Below the pieces are notes generated by a model. That model saw nothing but the letters and a program-made list of their open reading frames with translations, was not told where the DNA came from and searched no databases. Shown piece after piece: positions 34,910 through 42,391 of a stretch of 64,000 nt of DNA. Every line of letters begins with the position of its first letter. Within the stretch, counting starts at the first letter, position 1. The stretch is from positions 238,653 through 302,652 of the forward strand of contig DBQA01000007.1 in assembly GCA_002305675.1 (NCBI GenBank), read 5' to 3'. The DNA comes from Patescibacteria group bacterium UBA1406 (GTDB lineage Bacteria > Patescibacteriota > Microgenomatia > UBA1406). The translations under genes and the position numbers were made by a program.

Positions 34910-35653
34910 GTGAAACCCTTTATTGACAATCTGCCAATGCATGTGGCCATCATCCCGGACGGCAACCGCCGCTGGGCCAAAGACCATCACCTCCCCTCCC
35001 TGATGGGCCACCGCCGGGGTTTCGACCGGGCCGTTGAGATCGGCCGGACAGCCAGGGACATGGGCATCCATACCCTGACCCTGTGGGGCTTCTCCACCGA
35101 AAACTGGAACCGCAGCCGGAGCGAGGTCAATTATCTGATGGGAATATTCGAGAGCATGTTCGACAAGCACCTGGAGGAGGCCAAGAAAAATGAAACCAGG
35201 ATATACCATCTCGGCCGGAAAGACCGCCTGCCTAAAAGCCTGCTGCAAAAGATCACGGAGGCGGAACAGGAGACCCGATCGTTTACCCGGCACGTCTTCA
35301 ACATTGCCCTTGATTACGGAGGTCATGACGAGATCTTACGGGCGATAGTTAAGGCGGTTGCCGACAGCAAGGGAAAGGCCGAGGACTATTTCCAAAGCCG
35401 TGGCAAGTATCATGACAAGTACCCGTATTATGCGTTCAAGGACCATCTTGATACGGGAGACCAACCCTACCCTTATCCCGACCTGATCATCCGGACCTCG
35501 GGAGAATATCGTCTGAGCGGCTACCTGTTATGGCAATCCGCCTACAGCGAGTTGTATTTTGAAAAAGTCCATTTTCCTGACTTTACTCCAGACAGATTCA
35601 AACGGGCGATTCTAGAGTATTCAAATCGGAAGCGTCGTTTCGGGGGCAATTGA
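34910..35653 (+). CDS. uppS: undecaprenyl-diphosphate synthase (isoprenyl transferase)
   Basis: It has HVAIIPDGNRRWAK, WGFSTENWNR and RTSGEYRLSGYLLWQSAYSELYF. The start is either GTG 34910 or ATG 34937. Confidence 0.9.
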   Translation: MKPFIDNLPMHVAIIPDGNRRWAKDHHLPSLMGHRRGFDRAVEIGRTARDMGIHTLTLWGFSTENWNRSRSEVNYLMGIFESMFDKHLEEAKKNETRIYHLGRKDRLPKSLLQKITEAEQETRSFTRHVFNIALDYGGHDEILRAIVKAVADSKGKAEDYFQSRGKYHDKYPYYAFKDHLDTGDQPYPYPDLIIRTSGEYRLSGYLLWQSAYSELYFEKVHFPDFTPDRFKRAILEYSNRKRRFGGN

Positions 35654-35669
35654 AAATTAATCTGGAATT

Positions 35670-36761
35670 CTACCTGTACAAAAGGGGTTTCTCCGTGGTC
35701 ACTGGCACCAGGCTCATCTTTCTTCTCTTCTTGTCCACCCTTTCCACATATGCCTTTACCTTCTGACCGACCTCAATATCGGTTTCGGCCGTCAATTTTG
35801 AGTTGTGGATAAGCCCTTCGATACCTGGCTCCAGCCGGACAAAGAATCCATAAGCCTCTTTCCTGACCACCTCACCCTCCACTTCCTTGTCTTTAGGATA
35901 TTTTTCTTCTATTTCCTGCCACGGATCCTCTTTCAACCGTTTTAAAGAGAGCGTCAGTTTATAATCCTTGGCGTTCTTCTGCAGAACCATGACCTCAATG
36001 ATCTCCCCCTCGTTGGCATAATCCCTCGGGTCGGCGACCTTCTTCCAGGAGATCTCCGAAATATGGACCAGTCCCTCTATTCCGTCGATCTCACAGAAGA
36101 TGCCAAAGTCGGAGAAACCGATGACCCTTGCCTTATATACCTCTCCTTCTTTGATCTTGGCGAACGTTTCCTCTATCTTCTTGTGGGTGATGCCGAGCGC
36201 GGCCGCCTTCTGTGAAACGACCAGCCGGTTCTTGCTCTTATCCACTTCCAGGATCTTGACCTCCACCTTTTTGCCGTAAAGCTTATCCTGGCTCCTGATA
36301 TACTCCTGGGTCAACTGGATCTTGGGAATAACGCCACGGATGCCCATCACTTCCACGAACAGGCCACCTTTGCCGCTCCCCTGCACCACCACTTCGACGG
36401 GTTCCTCTTTCTTGTAGTGCTCTTCCAGGATCTCCCACTTGCCCTTTTCAAAGAAGCTCTGCAGAGAAACGACCGGGAAGCCGGCCTTAGCTTCGATATT
36501 GACCACCCTGATCGGGACCATTTGGCCCGGCTTCAGGTAGGGTAGGAACGTGGGCAGTTCTTTGGTTTCCGGAGAGATGAGGATGGCATGGGTTTTCCAG
36601 CCGATGTCAAACAGGACCTCTTTCCTGGACAGGGACACTATCTTGGCGTCTATAAAGTCGCCTTTCCTGATCTTAGGGAGTGTGCCAGCTAGCGCGAGCA
36701 GTTCTTCCATTGATGAAGGGCTGCTGGAAGTTTTTTTACTGGCTTTTTTGGCGGTTGGCAT
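35670..36761 (-). CDS. rpsA: 30S ribosomal protein S1 (four S1 domains)
   Basis: 363 aa with repeated S1/OB modules (GxxVxGxV...G.FV....GxxGLxHxSE patterns, for example VIGFSDFGIFCEIDGIEGLVHISEIS). The SD AAGGAG lies upstream. Confidence 0.8.
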   Translation of the reverse strand: MPTAKKASKKTSSSPSSMEELLALAGTLPKIRKGDFIDAKIVSLSRKEVLFDIGWKTHAILISPETKELPTFLPYLKPGQMVPIRVVNIEAKAGFPVVSLQSFFEKGKWEILEEHYKKEEPVEVVVQGSGKGGLFVEVMGIRGVIPKIQLTQEYIRSQDKLYGKKVEVKILEVDKSKNRLVVSQKAAALGITHKKIEETFAKIKEGEVYKARVIGFSDFGIFCEIDGIEGLVHISEISWKKVADPRDYANEGEIIEVMVLQKNAKDYKLTLSLKRLKEDPWQEIEEKYPKDKEVEGEVVRKEAYGFFVRLEPGIEGLIHNSKLTAETDIEVGQKVKAYVERVDKKRRKMSLVPVTTEKPLLYR

Positions 36762-36800
36762 TTAACACTGTTTCTCCTTTCGTGCTTTTACAGTCTGAAT

Positions 36801-36828
36801 AGTATAGCATAATTTTCCCCTAATGCAA
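36801..36828 (-). promoter_or_regulatory. promoter TTGCAT-N16-(TGc)TATACT for rpsA
   Basis: On the minus strand the -35 is the complement of 36823-36828 and the -10 is the complement of 36801-36806. It implies a ~35-nt leader containing AAGGAG. Confidence 0.45.
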
Positions 36829-36879
36829 TCCCGCCCTCACTTACCAAAAAGATCGGGCGGGATCTATATATTGCGGTAT

Positions 36880-37152
36880 TTACTTAACCATTCTCTTGAG
36901 ACTCTTTCCAGCGGTGAACCCTGGGGTCTTAGTGGCTGGAATTTGAATCTCGGCACCAGTCTGAGGATTGCGTCCTTTCCTGGATGCCCTCTTTCTAACG
37001 AGAAAGGTTCCGAAGCCGGTGACGACTACCTTCTCGTCTCTCTTGAGAGCGTCGGCGACGGTTGAAAAAACGGAATCAACAGCTGCCTTGGCTGCTCTCA
37101 TGGAGATGTCGGTTTGTTTTGCTACTTGTGCAACCAAATCTTGCTTAGTCAT
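36880..37152 (-). CDS. hup: HU-family DNA-binding protein
   Basis: 90 aa from MTKQDLV. The segments GFGTFLVRKRASRKGRNPQTGAEIQIPATKTPGFTAGKSLK match HU/IHF. The SD AAAGGGGA lies 9 nt upstream. Confidence 0.88.
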   Translation of the reverse strand: MTKQDLVAQVAKQTDISMRAAKAAVDSVFSTVADALKRDEKVVVTGFGTFLVRKRASRKGRNPQTGAEIQIPATKTPGFTAGKSLKRMVK

Positions 37153-37176
37153 TGTCTTCATCCCCTTTCTGCTCAC

Positions 37177-37204
37177 ATTATAGAGATTTGTCAAGCTGTG
37201 TCAA
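37177..37204 (-). promoter_or_regulatory. consensus promoter TTGACA-N16-TATAAT for hup
   Basis: On the minus strand the -35 is the complement of 37199-37204 and the -10 is the complement of 37177-37182. The 9-mer TGTCAAGCT occurs twice on the + strand (37189-37197 and 37199-37207). Confidence 0.55.
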
Positions 37205-37263
37205 GCTATATTTTGAACATCTTATTGTAGCAATCTATTCTACAGTATGTCACTTCCGGAGGA

Positions 37264-38691
37264 TTAGAGCGACCTTGTTGCCTCAGTGGTCCTGAATTCT
37301 CTGATCGCCGTGATCTTGATCTGACCGGGAATGGTCGAGAAATATTTACCCAGTTCCTCCCTCAGTTTGGACGTCAGGACAACTGTCTGGTCGTCGTCGA
37401 GCTCCTTAGGGTCAACGATGACCCTGATCTCACGGCCGGCTTGGAGCACGGCCACATCCTCTACGCCCTCCTTTTCCTTGATGAAATCCTCGATCTCCCT
37501 CATCCGCTTGATGTATGCGGTCACATCCTCGCGGCGAGCCCCGGGACGGCCGCCGGAAATGGCATCCGCCAGGTAGACGATTATTCCCTCCACCGAAGTG
37601 AAAGGCTTGTCTTCGTGATGAGTCTCTACCGCATCGATGACAGCCTGGGGAAAACGGTATTTTTTCAGAACGTCCACTCCGAGCTGGACATGGGAACCCT
37701 CCTTGTCGGTGATCACCTTGCCGATGTCGTGCAACAGGCAGGCCAGACGGACAATATTGACATCAGCTTTGAGTTCATGGGCCAGCGCCACACCGATCTT
37801 TGTCTCCTCCAGGGTGTGCTGGATCATATTCTGTCCGTACGAAAAACGGTATTTGAACCTTCCCAAAAGCTCTACGAGCTCGCGGGGGAGATTGTAGACC
37901 CCGAGCTCATAACAAAGCTTCTCCCCTTCTTTAAAGATAACCTTGTTTATCTCCTGCCGGGTTTTGCCGACCACCTCTTCTATCCTTGACGGCTGGATAC
38001 GACCGTCCTTGATCAGCCTTTCCAAAGACACCCTGGCTACCTCTCTTTTGACGGGATCGAAAGAGGATATTTTCACGACGCCCTCCTCGTCTAGGTCAAC
38101 CTCCACGCCGGCTGAAAGTTCGAACGCCCGGATGTTGCGGCCTTCCTTCCCGATGATACGTCCCTTGTACTCATCGCTCGGCAGGTCAACGGTGGAAAGA
38201 GTGTACTCGACCACATAGTCCGTCGCACCATAGCGCATCGCGTCCACCATAAGCTCCTTGGCCTTCTCCTCTACTTCCTTCTTGATCTCTTCCTCAGCCT
38301 CCCGGACACGGGTGGCGATATCCTTGGCCATCTTCTGTTCCCAGAAGGACATGATGTTTTCCCTGGCCTCATCCCTGGTCAATCCGGCCAGTTTCTCAAA
38401 CTTCTGCATGAGCTCCTGGCGCCTGTTTTCAAGCTGGCGTCTTTCCCCGTCCAGTCGGCCCCTTTCCCGTTGCAGATCGCGGCTTCTGTTCTCGAGTTCC
38501 CGCCTCTCTGCCCCCACCTTCGCCTCTTCCTGGGCGATCTTCTTTTCCAGGGCCGCTATTTGCTTTGTCAGTTCCCGCAGGTCGCCCTGGGCCTGCACGG
38601 TCAACTGCCGGGCCTTGTTTCTGGCCTCCTCGATAATCTGATCCCTTTCCTCTTTCAAATGAGGAAACAGCTTTAAGACTAGGTCTATCAT
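37264..38691 (-). CDS. rny: ribonuclease Y (no N-terminal membrane helix)
   Basis: 475 aa. An N-terminal coiled coil is followed by a KH domain (GRIIGKEGRNIRAFE) and an HD domain (LLHDIGK...HH). The first 30 aa are hydrophilic. Confidence 0.9.
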   Translation of the reverse strand: MIDLVLKLFPHLKEERDQIIEEARNKARQLTVQAQGDLRELTKQIAALEKKIAQEEAKVGAERRELENRSRDLQRERGRLDGERRQLENRRQELMQKFEKLAGLTRDEARENIMSFWEQKMAKDIATRVREAEEEIKKEVEEKAKELMVDAMRYGATDYVVEYTLSTVDLPSDEYKGRIIGKEGRNIRAFELSAGVEVDLDEEGVVKISSFDPVKREVARVSLERLIKDGRIQPSRIEEVVGKTRQEINKVIFKEGEKLCYELGVYNLPRELVELLGRFKYRFSYGQNMIQHTLEETKIGVALAHELKADVNIVRLACLLHDIGKVITDKEGSHVQLGVDVLKKYRFPQAVIDAVETHHEDKPFTSVEGIIVYLADAISGGRPGARREDVTAYIKRMREIEDFIKEKEGVEDVAVLQAGREIRVIVDPKELDDDQTVVLTSKLREELGKYFSTIPGQIKITAIREFRTTEATRSL

Positions 38692-38708
38692 TTTATGGTT
38701 CTTTTAAG

Positions 38709-38813
38709 GACAGGAAAGACAGCGAGTGTTAACCCAATAGAATAACCGCCCCCGGCTCAAAGGGAGCGTGAGTATAACTATGTAAGTCAATGATTAACAC
38801 CGTTATTCCTGTC
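38709..38813 (-). promoter_or_regulatory. structured 5' leader of rny (nested helices)
   Basis: In the minus-strand RNA, GACAGGAA (38813-38806) pairs with TTCCTGTC (38716-38709). GTGTTAA (38800-38794) pairs with TTAACAC (38732-38726). The inner pair CGCTCCC/GGGGGCG has a G-U on this strand but a C-A mismatch on the other strand. Confidence 0.45.
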
Positions 38814-38834
38814 ACTAACTGTTAACTAAGTAGC

Positions 38835-38863
38835 ATTTTATGACAAGATTGCCCTGATGTCAA
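38835..38863 (-). promoter_or_regulatory. consensus promoter TTGACA-N17-TAAAAT for rny
   Basis: On the minus strand the -35 is the complement of 38858-38863 and the -10 is the complement of 38835-38840. The predicted TSS near 38828 gives a ~137-nt leader. Confidence 0.55.
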
Positions 38864-38879
38864 ATAACTTACGCTATAG

Positions 38880-38888
38880 TGCTATAAT
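38880..38888 (+). promoter_or_regulatory. extended -10 (TGcTATAAT) 6 nt upstream of ATG 38895
   Basis: TATAAT lies at 38883-38888 and is preceded by TGc. The spacer gtaggc is followed directly by the ATG. Confidence 0.5.
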
Positions 38889-38894
38889 GTAGGC

Positions 38895-39449
38895 ATGACC
38901 GTAAGTCATCGACTGCAGCACTCTTTTTGCAGCAGGGCTGACTATAACGAAATCCCCCTGGAGGGCCATGAAAGGGTTATCCTGACAACGCGGGCGCATC
39001 CTGTGACCAATCTGCCCTGGGCAGCGGGAGCAGTTCTCATGCTGCTTTTGCCCATCCTGTTCGGAGGATGGGTGGGTCTGCTCCCCCTGAACAGTACCCA
39101 AAGGCTTTTCCTGCTCCTAGCCTGGTACTCTTTAGTCTTTGCCTATGCTATTGGCAAGTTTTTCTTCTGGTTCTTCAACATCGGCGTGCTCACCACCAAA
39201 AGGATAATCGATATCGACGCCGTCAATCTGATGAACAGCCACACCACCATCACCACCCTGGATAAGGTGGAAGAAGTTGACAAACACAGTCTTGGGATAT
39301 GGGGGGCGCTCTTTGACTATGCCGACATCCACATCGAGACCGCCGGTAATATGCCCAACATCGAGTTTTTGAAAACACCCCAGCCCAACGAAATGGTCAA
39401 CATCATTAATACCCTGGTCAAAAGGAGCAATGGACGGAAGCACCATTAA
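38895..39449 (+). CDS. membrane protein with a bacterial PH-like (bPH/YdbS-like) domain
   Basis: 184 aa. Two TM helices are followed by LTTKRIIDIDAVNLMNSHTTITTLDKVEEV...IHIETAGN, a pattern like the membrane-flanked PH-like domains. Confidence 0.45.
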   Translation: MTVSHRLQHSFCSRADYNEIPLEGHERVILTTRAHPVTNLPWAAGAVLMLLLPILFGGWVGLLPLNSTQRLFLLLAWYSLVFAYAIGKFFFWFFNIGVLTTKRIIDIDAVNLMNSHTTITTLDKVEEVDKHSLGIWGALFDYADIHIETAGNMPNIEFLKTPQPNEMVNIINTLVKRSNGRKHH

Positions 39450-39711
39450 CAACATTCTGTTCAATACCAATTGGACGGACCTGTTCTTCAAGGCGGCCGG
39501 GATAACCCTGGGCGTGGGCTATTTGGTTTATTCACTGATCTACTTCCAGCAGGCCGAGAAAATGCGCCGCAACTCACTCAAATACCATGCCCACCTGGGC
39601 CTGGAAGCAATCGACCCGCTTATCTCGACCACCTCGCTCCTGGTGCCCTTTTCCTATCTGCAGATAGCCCTGGGAGTAATAGTTTTGTTTTATGCCCTGT
39701 TTTTGTTGTAA
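39430..39711 (+). CDS. small two-TM protein, unknown function
   Basis: 93 aa with two hydrophobic helices. The start overlaps the upstream gene by 20 nt, which suggests coupling. Confidence 0.4.
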   Translation: MDGSTINNILFNTNWTDLFFKAAGITLGVGYLVYSLIYFQQAEKMRRNSLKYHAHLGLEAIDPLISTTSLLVPFSYLQIALGVIVLFYALFLL

Positions 39712-39725
39712 TATGTATTTGCATC

Positions 39726-41423
39726 ATGTTTGACAAAACGTTTGCGGTCTATTTGGGCAAGAATTCGGACAATAAAGCGGCCGGCTTTGTGGTCGAAGAC
39801 GGTCTGTTCTGCAGCTTTGAGATAAATCAGGAGGAGGCAGAAAACCAGATCCGGGTCGTCGCCGAGGAGATCCGCTCCTCCCTCCGGCAGGCCGACATCG
39901 TCACCTTCGATGACTTCACTTTTTTCGTTTCCTCCCTGATCAATGCCCATGGTCTCGCTTCCGTCAGCGCTGGGTATCTGCACGGTTCCAAGCTTTATAT
40001 TTACACCAAGGGCGCCTCCGCCCTTCTGCTGAGAAAAAAGAAGCTTTACCGGATCGCCGAGAGGGACGCTCAGACGCAGGGTATGATGGAGCCGATGGAC
40101 TCGGTTTTCTTTGGGACCAGCTCCATTATCCCCTCTTTTCCGGTGGACGCCATTACCCGGGAAGCCGGTAATAGCCAGGAACCGCGCCGATTAGTGGAGG
40201 TGCTCGAGGAGAATCTGCAACAGAAAACAGGAACGGTTCTGGTGGCCCAGTTTTCGGAAAATGGCAAAAGCTTCACCGAAGAGATGGAGCGGATCCCTGC
40301 TCGAACTGACGGGCCCTTTTTCAGTCCAGCCATCTTTCTGCAAAAGAAAAACATTCTGCGGCTGGCGCTCCTGGTTTTTCTGGCCATCGGTCTTTGGAAG
40401 ACCGTCGGTATCGCCAATCAGGCAGTCAAAGACCGCCGGGAAGAACAGTTTATCCAAAACCTGACCGCTCTTGAGGACAGGTACGGTGAAGTCAGCCGGA
40501 GCTTTGCCAAAAACCCGTCGGAAGCCCTGGACAAAATCGAGGAACTCGCCAAAGACACCGCGGACCTGGCTAAGAAGTACCCCCACCATAGCGCCGACCT
40601 GGCCGGCCTGCTCAAAAACGTTGACAGCCTGAAAAAGACCGTCGGGACGGGAGAAGTCAGCCCAGACGAAGTTTTCTTCGACCTCAAGCTTATCGGCAAC
40701 AAGGCAGCCGCAAACTATGCCGACTTCACTAAAGAATATGCCAGCATCCTGGATACGGCGGGTAAGAAGGCGTACCTTATCAATGTCGCCAGTAAAAGCC
40801 ATGAGACATTCCCTCTGACCGACCTCACCAACCCCACACTCGTCACGGAGTACAACGGGGTCCTGTTCGTCTTTGACAAAGGTAAGGGGATCTACAAGGG
40901 CGGGGATGAGAAACTGGCCCGGATAATCCCCCCGGACAAGGAATGGGGCAACGTCACCGATATGAAGGTGTTCAACAGCAATATCTACCTTCTGGACAAA
41001 GGCAAGGATGAAATCTACAAATATATCCCGGCGGAGGACGGCTACAGTTCCAAGATCAGTTATTTCCAAAGCGGACAAAGTATTGACCTCTTGGGGGCCC
41101 AGAATATGAGCATAGATTTCTCCATCTATATTCTGTCCAGCGACCGGCTTTGGAAATATACGGGCGGCTCCAAGGATGACTTCTCGCCCGACCAGCACCT
41201 GGACTACGGTAGCTTTGCCAGGGTTTTCAAAGGGGAGGAAGCAGACTTTATTTATCTTCTGGACAACGCGAACGCCAGGATCGTCGCACTGAACGAGAAG
41301 GGCCGATTGATGAAGTCGGTTTTCAACGCCAAGCTGAAAGAGGCTCGTTTCTTCGGTGTCTACAATGACGAAAAGATCCTTTTTCAGCATCAAAACAAGA
41401 TTTATTCTCTTGACAAGTTCTGA
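39726..41423 (+). CDS. single-pass membrane protein: N-terminal cytoplasmic domain, TM helix, coiled coil, C-terminal beta-propeller-like repeats
   Basis: 565 aa from the internal ATG 39726, because the longer 39471 start would overlap the 93-aa gene. The TM helix is ILRLALLVFLAIGLWKTVGI. The C-terminal repeats include IYLLDKGKDEIYKY, IYILSSDRLWKY and IYLLDNANARIVALN. The N-domain loosely resembles a degenerate PP2C/SpoIIE fold; that is a guess. Confidence 0.5.
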   Translation: MFDKTFAVYLGKNSDNKAAGFVVEDGLFCSFEINQEEAENQIRVVAEEIRSSLRQADIVTFDDFTFFVSSLINAHGLASVSAGYLHGSKLYIYTKGASALLLRKKKLYRIAERDAQTQGMMEPMDSVFFGTSSIIPSFPVDAITREAGNSQEPRRLVEVLEENLQQKTGTVLVAQFSENGKSFTEEMERIPARTDGPFFSPAIFLQKKNILRLALLVFLAIGLWKTVGIANQAVKDRREEQFIQNLTALEDRYGEVSRSFAKNPSEALDKIEELAKDTADLAKKYPHHSADLAGLLKNVDSLKKTVGTGEVSPDEVFFDLKLIGNKAAANYADFTKEYASILDTAGKKAYLINVASKSHETFPLTDLTNPTLVTEYNGVLFVFDKGKGIYKGGDEKLARIIPPDKEWGNVTDMKVFNSNIYLLDKGKDEIYKYIPAEDGYSSKISYFQSGQSIDLLGAQNMSIDFSIYILSSDRLWKYTGGSKDDFSPDQHLDYGSFARVFKGEEADFIYLLDNANARIVALNEKGRLMKSVFNAKLKEARFFGVYNDEKILFQHQNKIYSLDKF

Positions 41424-41438
41424 GGAACTGTGTATAGT
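41410..41438 (+). promoter_or_regulatory. sigma70-type promoter TTGACA-N17-TATAGT for the second pilin-like pair
   Basis: -35 at 41410-41415, inside the end of the upstream CDS, and -10 at 41433-41438. It implies a ~49-nt leader. Confidence 0.5.
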
Positions 41439-41493
41439 CTTGTTTAGTAAGCACTAAGGAGTTTAATTTAACAGTTAACATCACCCACTTATT

Positions 41494-41844
41494 ATGAGTA
41501 GAAATCTGGCACAAGTAGTAGAGGAAATCACCCCTCCCGATTTCATAGATCCAGACGCCCTGAGCATAGGTAGCATTCTGGGTTGGATCTTGCGACTGGC
41601 CTTCGTTGGAGCAGGCTTGATCGTCTTTTATCAGCTGATCTTCGGAGCCCTGGAATGGATCCAGTCCGGCGGAGACAAGGAAAGAGTCGAGAAGGCCAGA
41701 AAAAGGATCACCACCGCAGTCACGGGACTTGTGGTCCTCTTTGTCGCGTTGGGAATCATCATCTTAATCGAGCAGGTATTTGCCGTCGGCCTAGGCTTCA
41801 CCAAGTCGATCATAATCCCGAGGTTCGGGCAGGCCAACCTGTAA
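41494..41844 (+). CDS. two-TM TrbC/VirB2-like 'T4SS-pilin-like' small protein (paralog 4)
   Basis: 116 aa: TM1, loop LEWIQSGGDKERVEKARKRITTAVTGL, TM2. The N-terminal ITPPDF echoes ITPPFG of paralog 2. Confidence 0.6.
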   Translation: MSRNLAQVVEEITPPDFIDPDALSIGSILGWILRLAFVGAGLIVFYQLIFGALEWIQSGGDKERVEKARKRITTAVTGLVVLFVALGIIILIEQVFAVGLGFTKSIIIPRFGQANL

Positions 41845-41869
41845 ACAGTAACAACCTTGTTAGCCTTCA

Positions 41870-42190
41870 ATGATCAAAAGTTGGTCCGATGTACCAGGTT
41901 GTCTTATTGACGGTGTCCCCACCCTGGTCTGCCTGGAAGTACTATTCAACAATCTCCTGGTCGCTTTGGGCGGGATAGTTTTTCTGGTCCTTTTAGGTAT
42001 GTTCATTATCGGCGGGTTCAACTGGATGACCGCGGGGGACAACGCCGAAAAACTGAAAAAAGCCAAGGGCACTTTTCTCTCCGCGGTTCTGGGATTGGGA
42101 ATCATTGCCGGGGCATTCGTTATCATCAATCTTCTGGAGGCAACCCTCGGGATCGAACTGAGCATCTTCCGGATAAACATCAATCCCTAG
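41870..42190 (+). CDS. two-TM TrbC/VirB2-like 'T4SS-pilin-like' small protein (paralog 5)
   Basis: 106 aa: TM1, loop FNWMTAGDNAEKLKKAKGTFLSAVLGL, TM2. The N-terminal segment contains two Cys. Confidence 0.6.
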   Translation: MIKSWSDVPGCLIDGVPTLVCLEVLFNNLLVALGGIVFLVLLGMFIIGGFNWMTAGDNAEKLKKAKGTFLSAVLGLGIIAGAFVIINLLEATLGIELSIFRININP

Positions 42191-42191
42191 G

Positions 42192-42353
42192 TCATTCCCT
42201 TTGGATCGGTTGCGGACTGAGCATCAGTACCCTCACCTCGTCATCCGGTATGGGAGAGACCGGCTCTGTCCTGGCCGACAGGAATTTGCTCAAGAGCATC
42301 CCGATCAGAAAGAAGCCCACGACCAACAGCAGCCAGCCGAATATTTTTCTCAT
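42192..42353 (-). CDS. possible 53-aa single-TM miniprotein (below the ORF-track cutoff)
   Basis: My translation is MRKIFGWLLLVVGFFLIGMLLSKFLSARTEPVSPIPDDEVRVLMLSPQPIQRE-stop. TATACT (complement of 42364-42369) lies 10 nt upstream. Confidence 0.3.
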   Translation of the reverse strand: MRKIFGWLLLVVGFFLIGMLLSKFLSARTEPVSPIPDDEVRVLMLSPQPIQRE

Positions 42354-42391
42354 GATTGCAATTAGTATACATAATACTATAAAATTCCCTT

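Noticed and set aside
36828-36863. A 9-bp inverted repeat ATCCCGCCC...GGGCGGGAT downstream of hup, considered as a terminator.
   Set aside because: The loop is 18 nt and no U-run follows on either strand. It may still be a weak or factor-dependent terminator, but I cannot support the call. It also overlaps the predicted rpsA -35.
37189-37207. A direct repeat TGTCAAGCT x2 spaced 10 bp in the hup promoter, considered as a regulator site.
   Set aside because: One copy is simply the -35 TTGACA, and the second may be a duplicated or alternative -35. With a single occurrence I cannot distinguish chance.
38826-38836. A TAAC-N-GTTA mini-palindrome upstream of both the 38895 operon (TAACTGTTA within ctaactgttaac) and the second pilin pair (TTAACAGTTAA at ~41470), considered as a shared operator.
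   Set aside because: It is only 9-11 bp and AT-rich, and the two copies are at different distances from their promoters. GTTAAC-like strings also occur elsewhere. This is too little evidence without a genome-wide count.
39471-39725. An 85-codon N-terminal extension of the 565-aa gene (ORF-track start 39471).
   Set aside because: The extension overlaps almost the whole 93-aa two-TM gene in another frame and is Pro/Gly/Arg-rich. The internal ATG at 39726 starts right after that gene ends.
40191-41393. Very long antisense ORFs opposite real genes: 400 aa at 40191-41393, 312 aa at 14123-15061, 269 aa at 42377-43186, 325 aa at 60731-61708, 281 aa at 9153-9998 and others.
   Set aside because: Those I checked (40191, 14123, 42377) are codon-aligned with the sense gene. 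Their stops would correspond to sense codons TTA, CTA and TCA, which this genome rarely uses, so the frame stays open by codon bias. The sense strands carry recognisable motifs or topology. The antisense products are low-complexity, and I saw no -10/start geometry in front of them.
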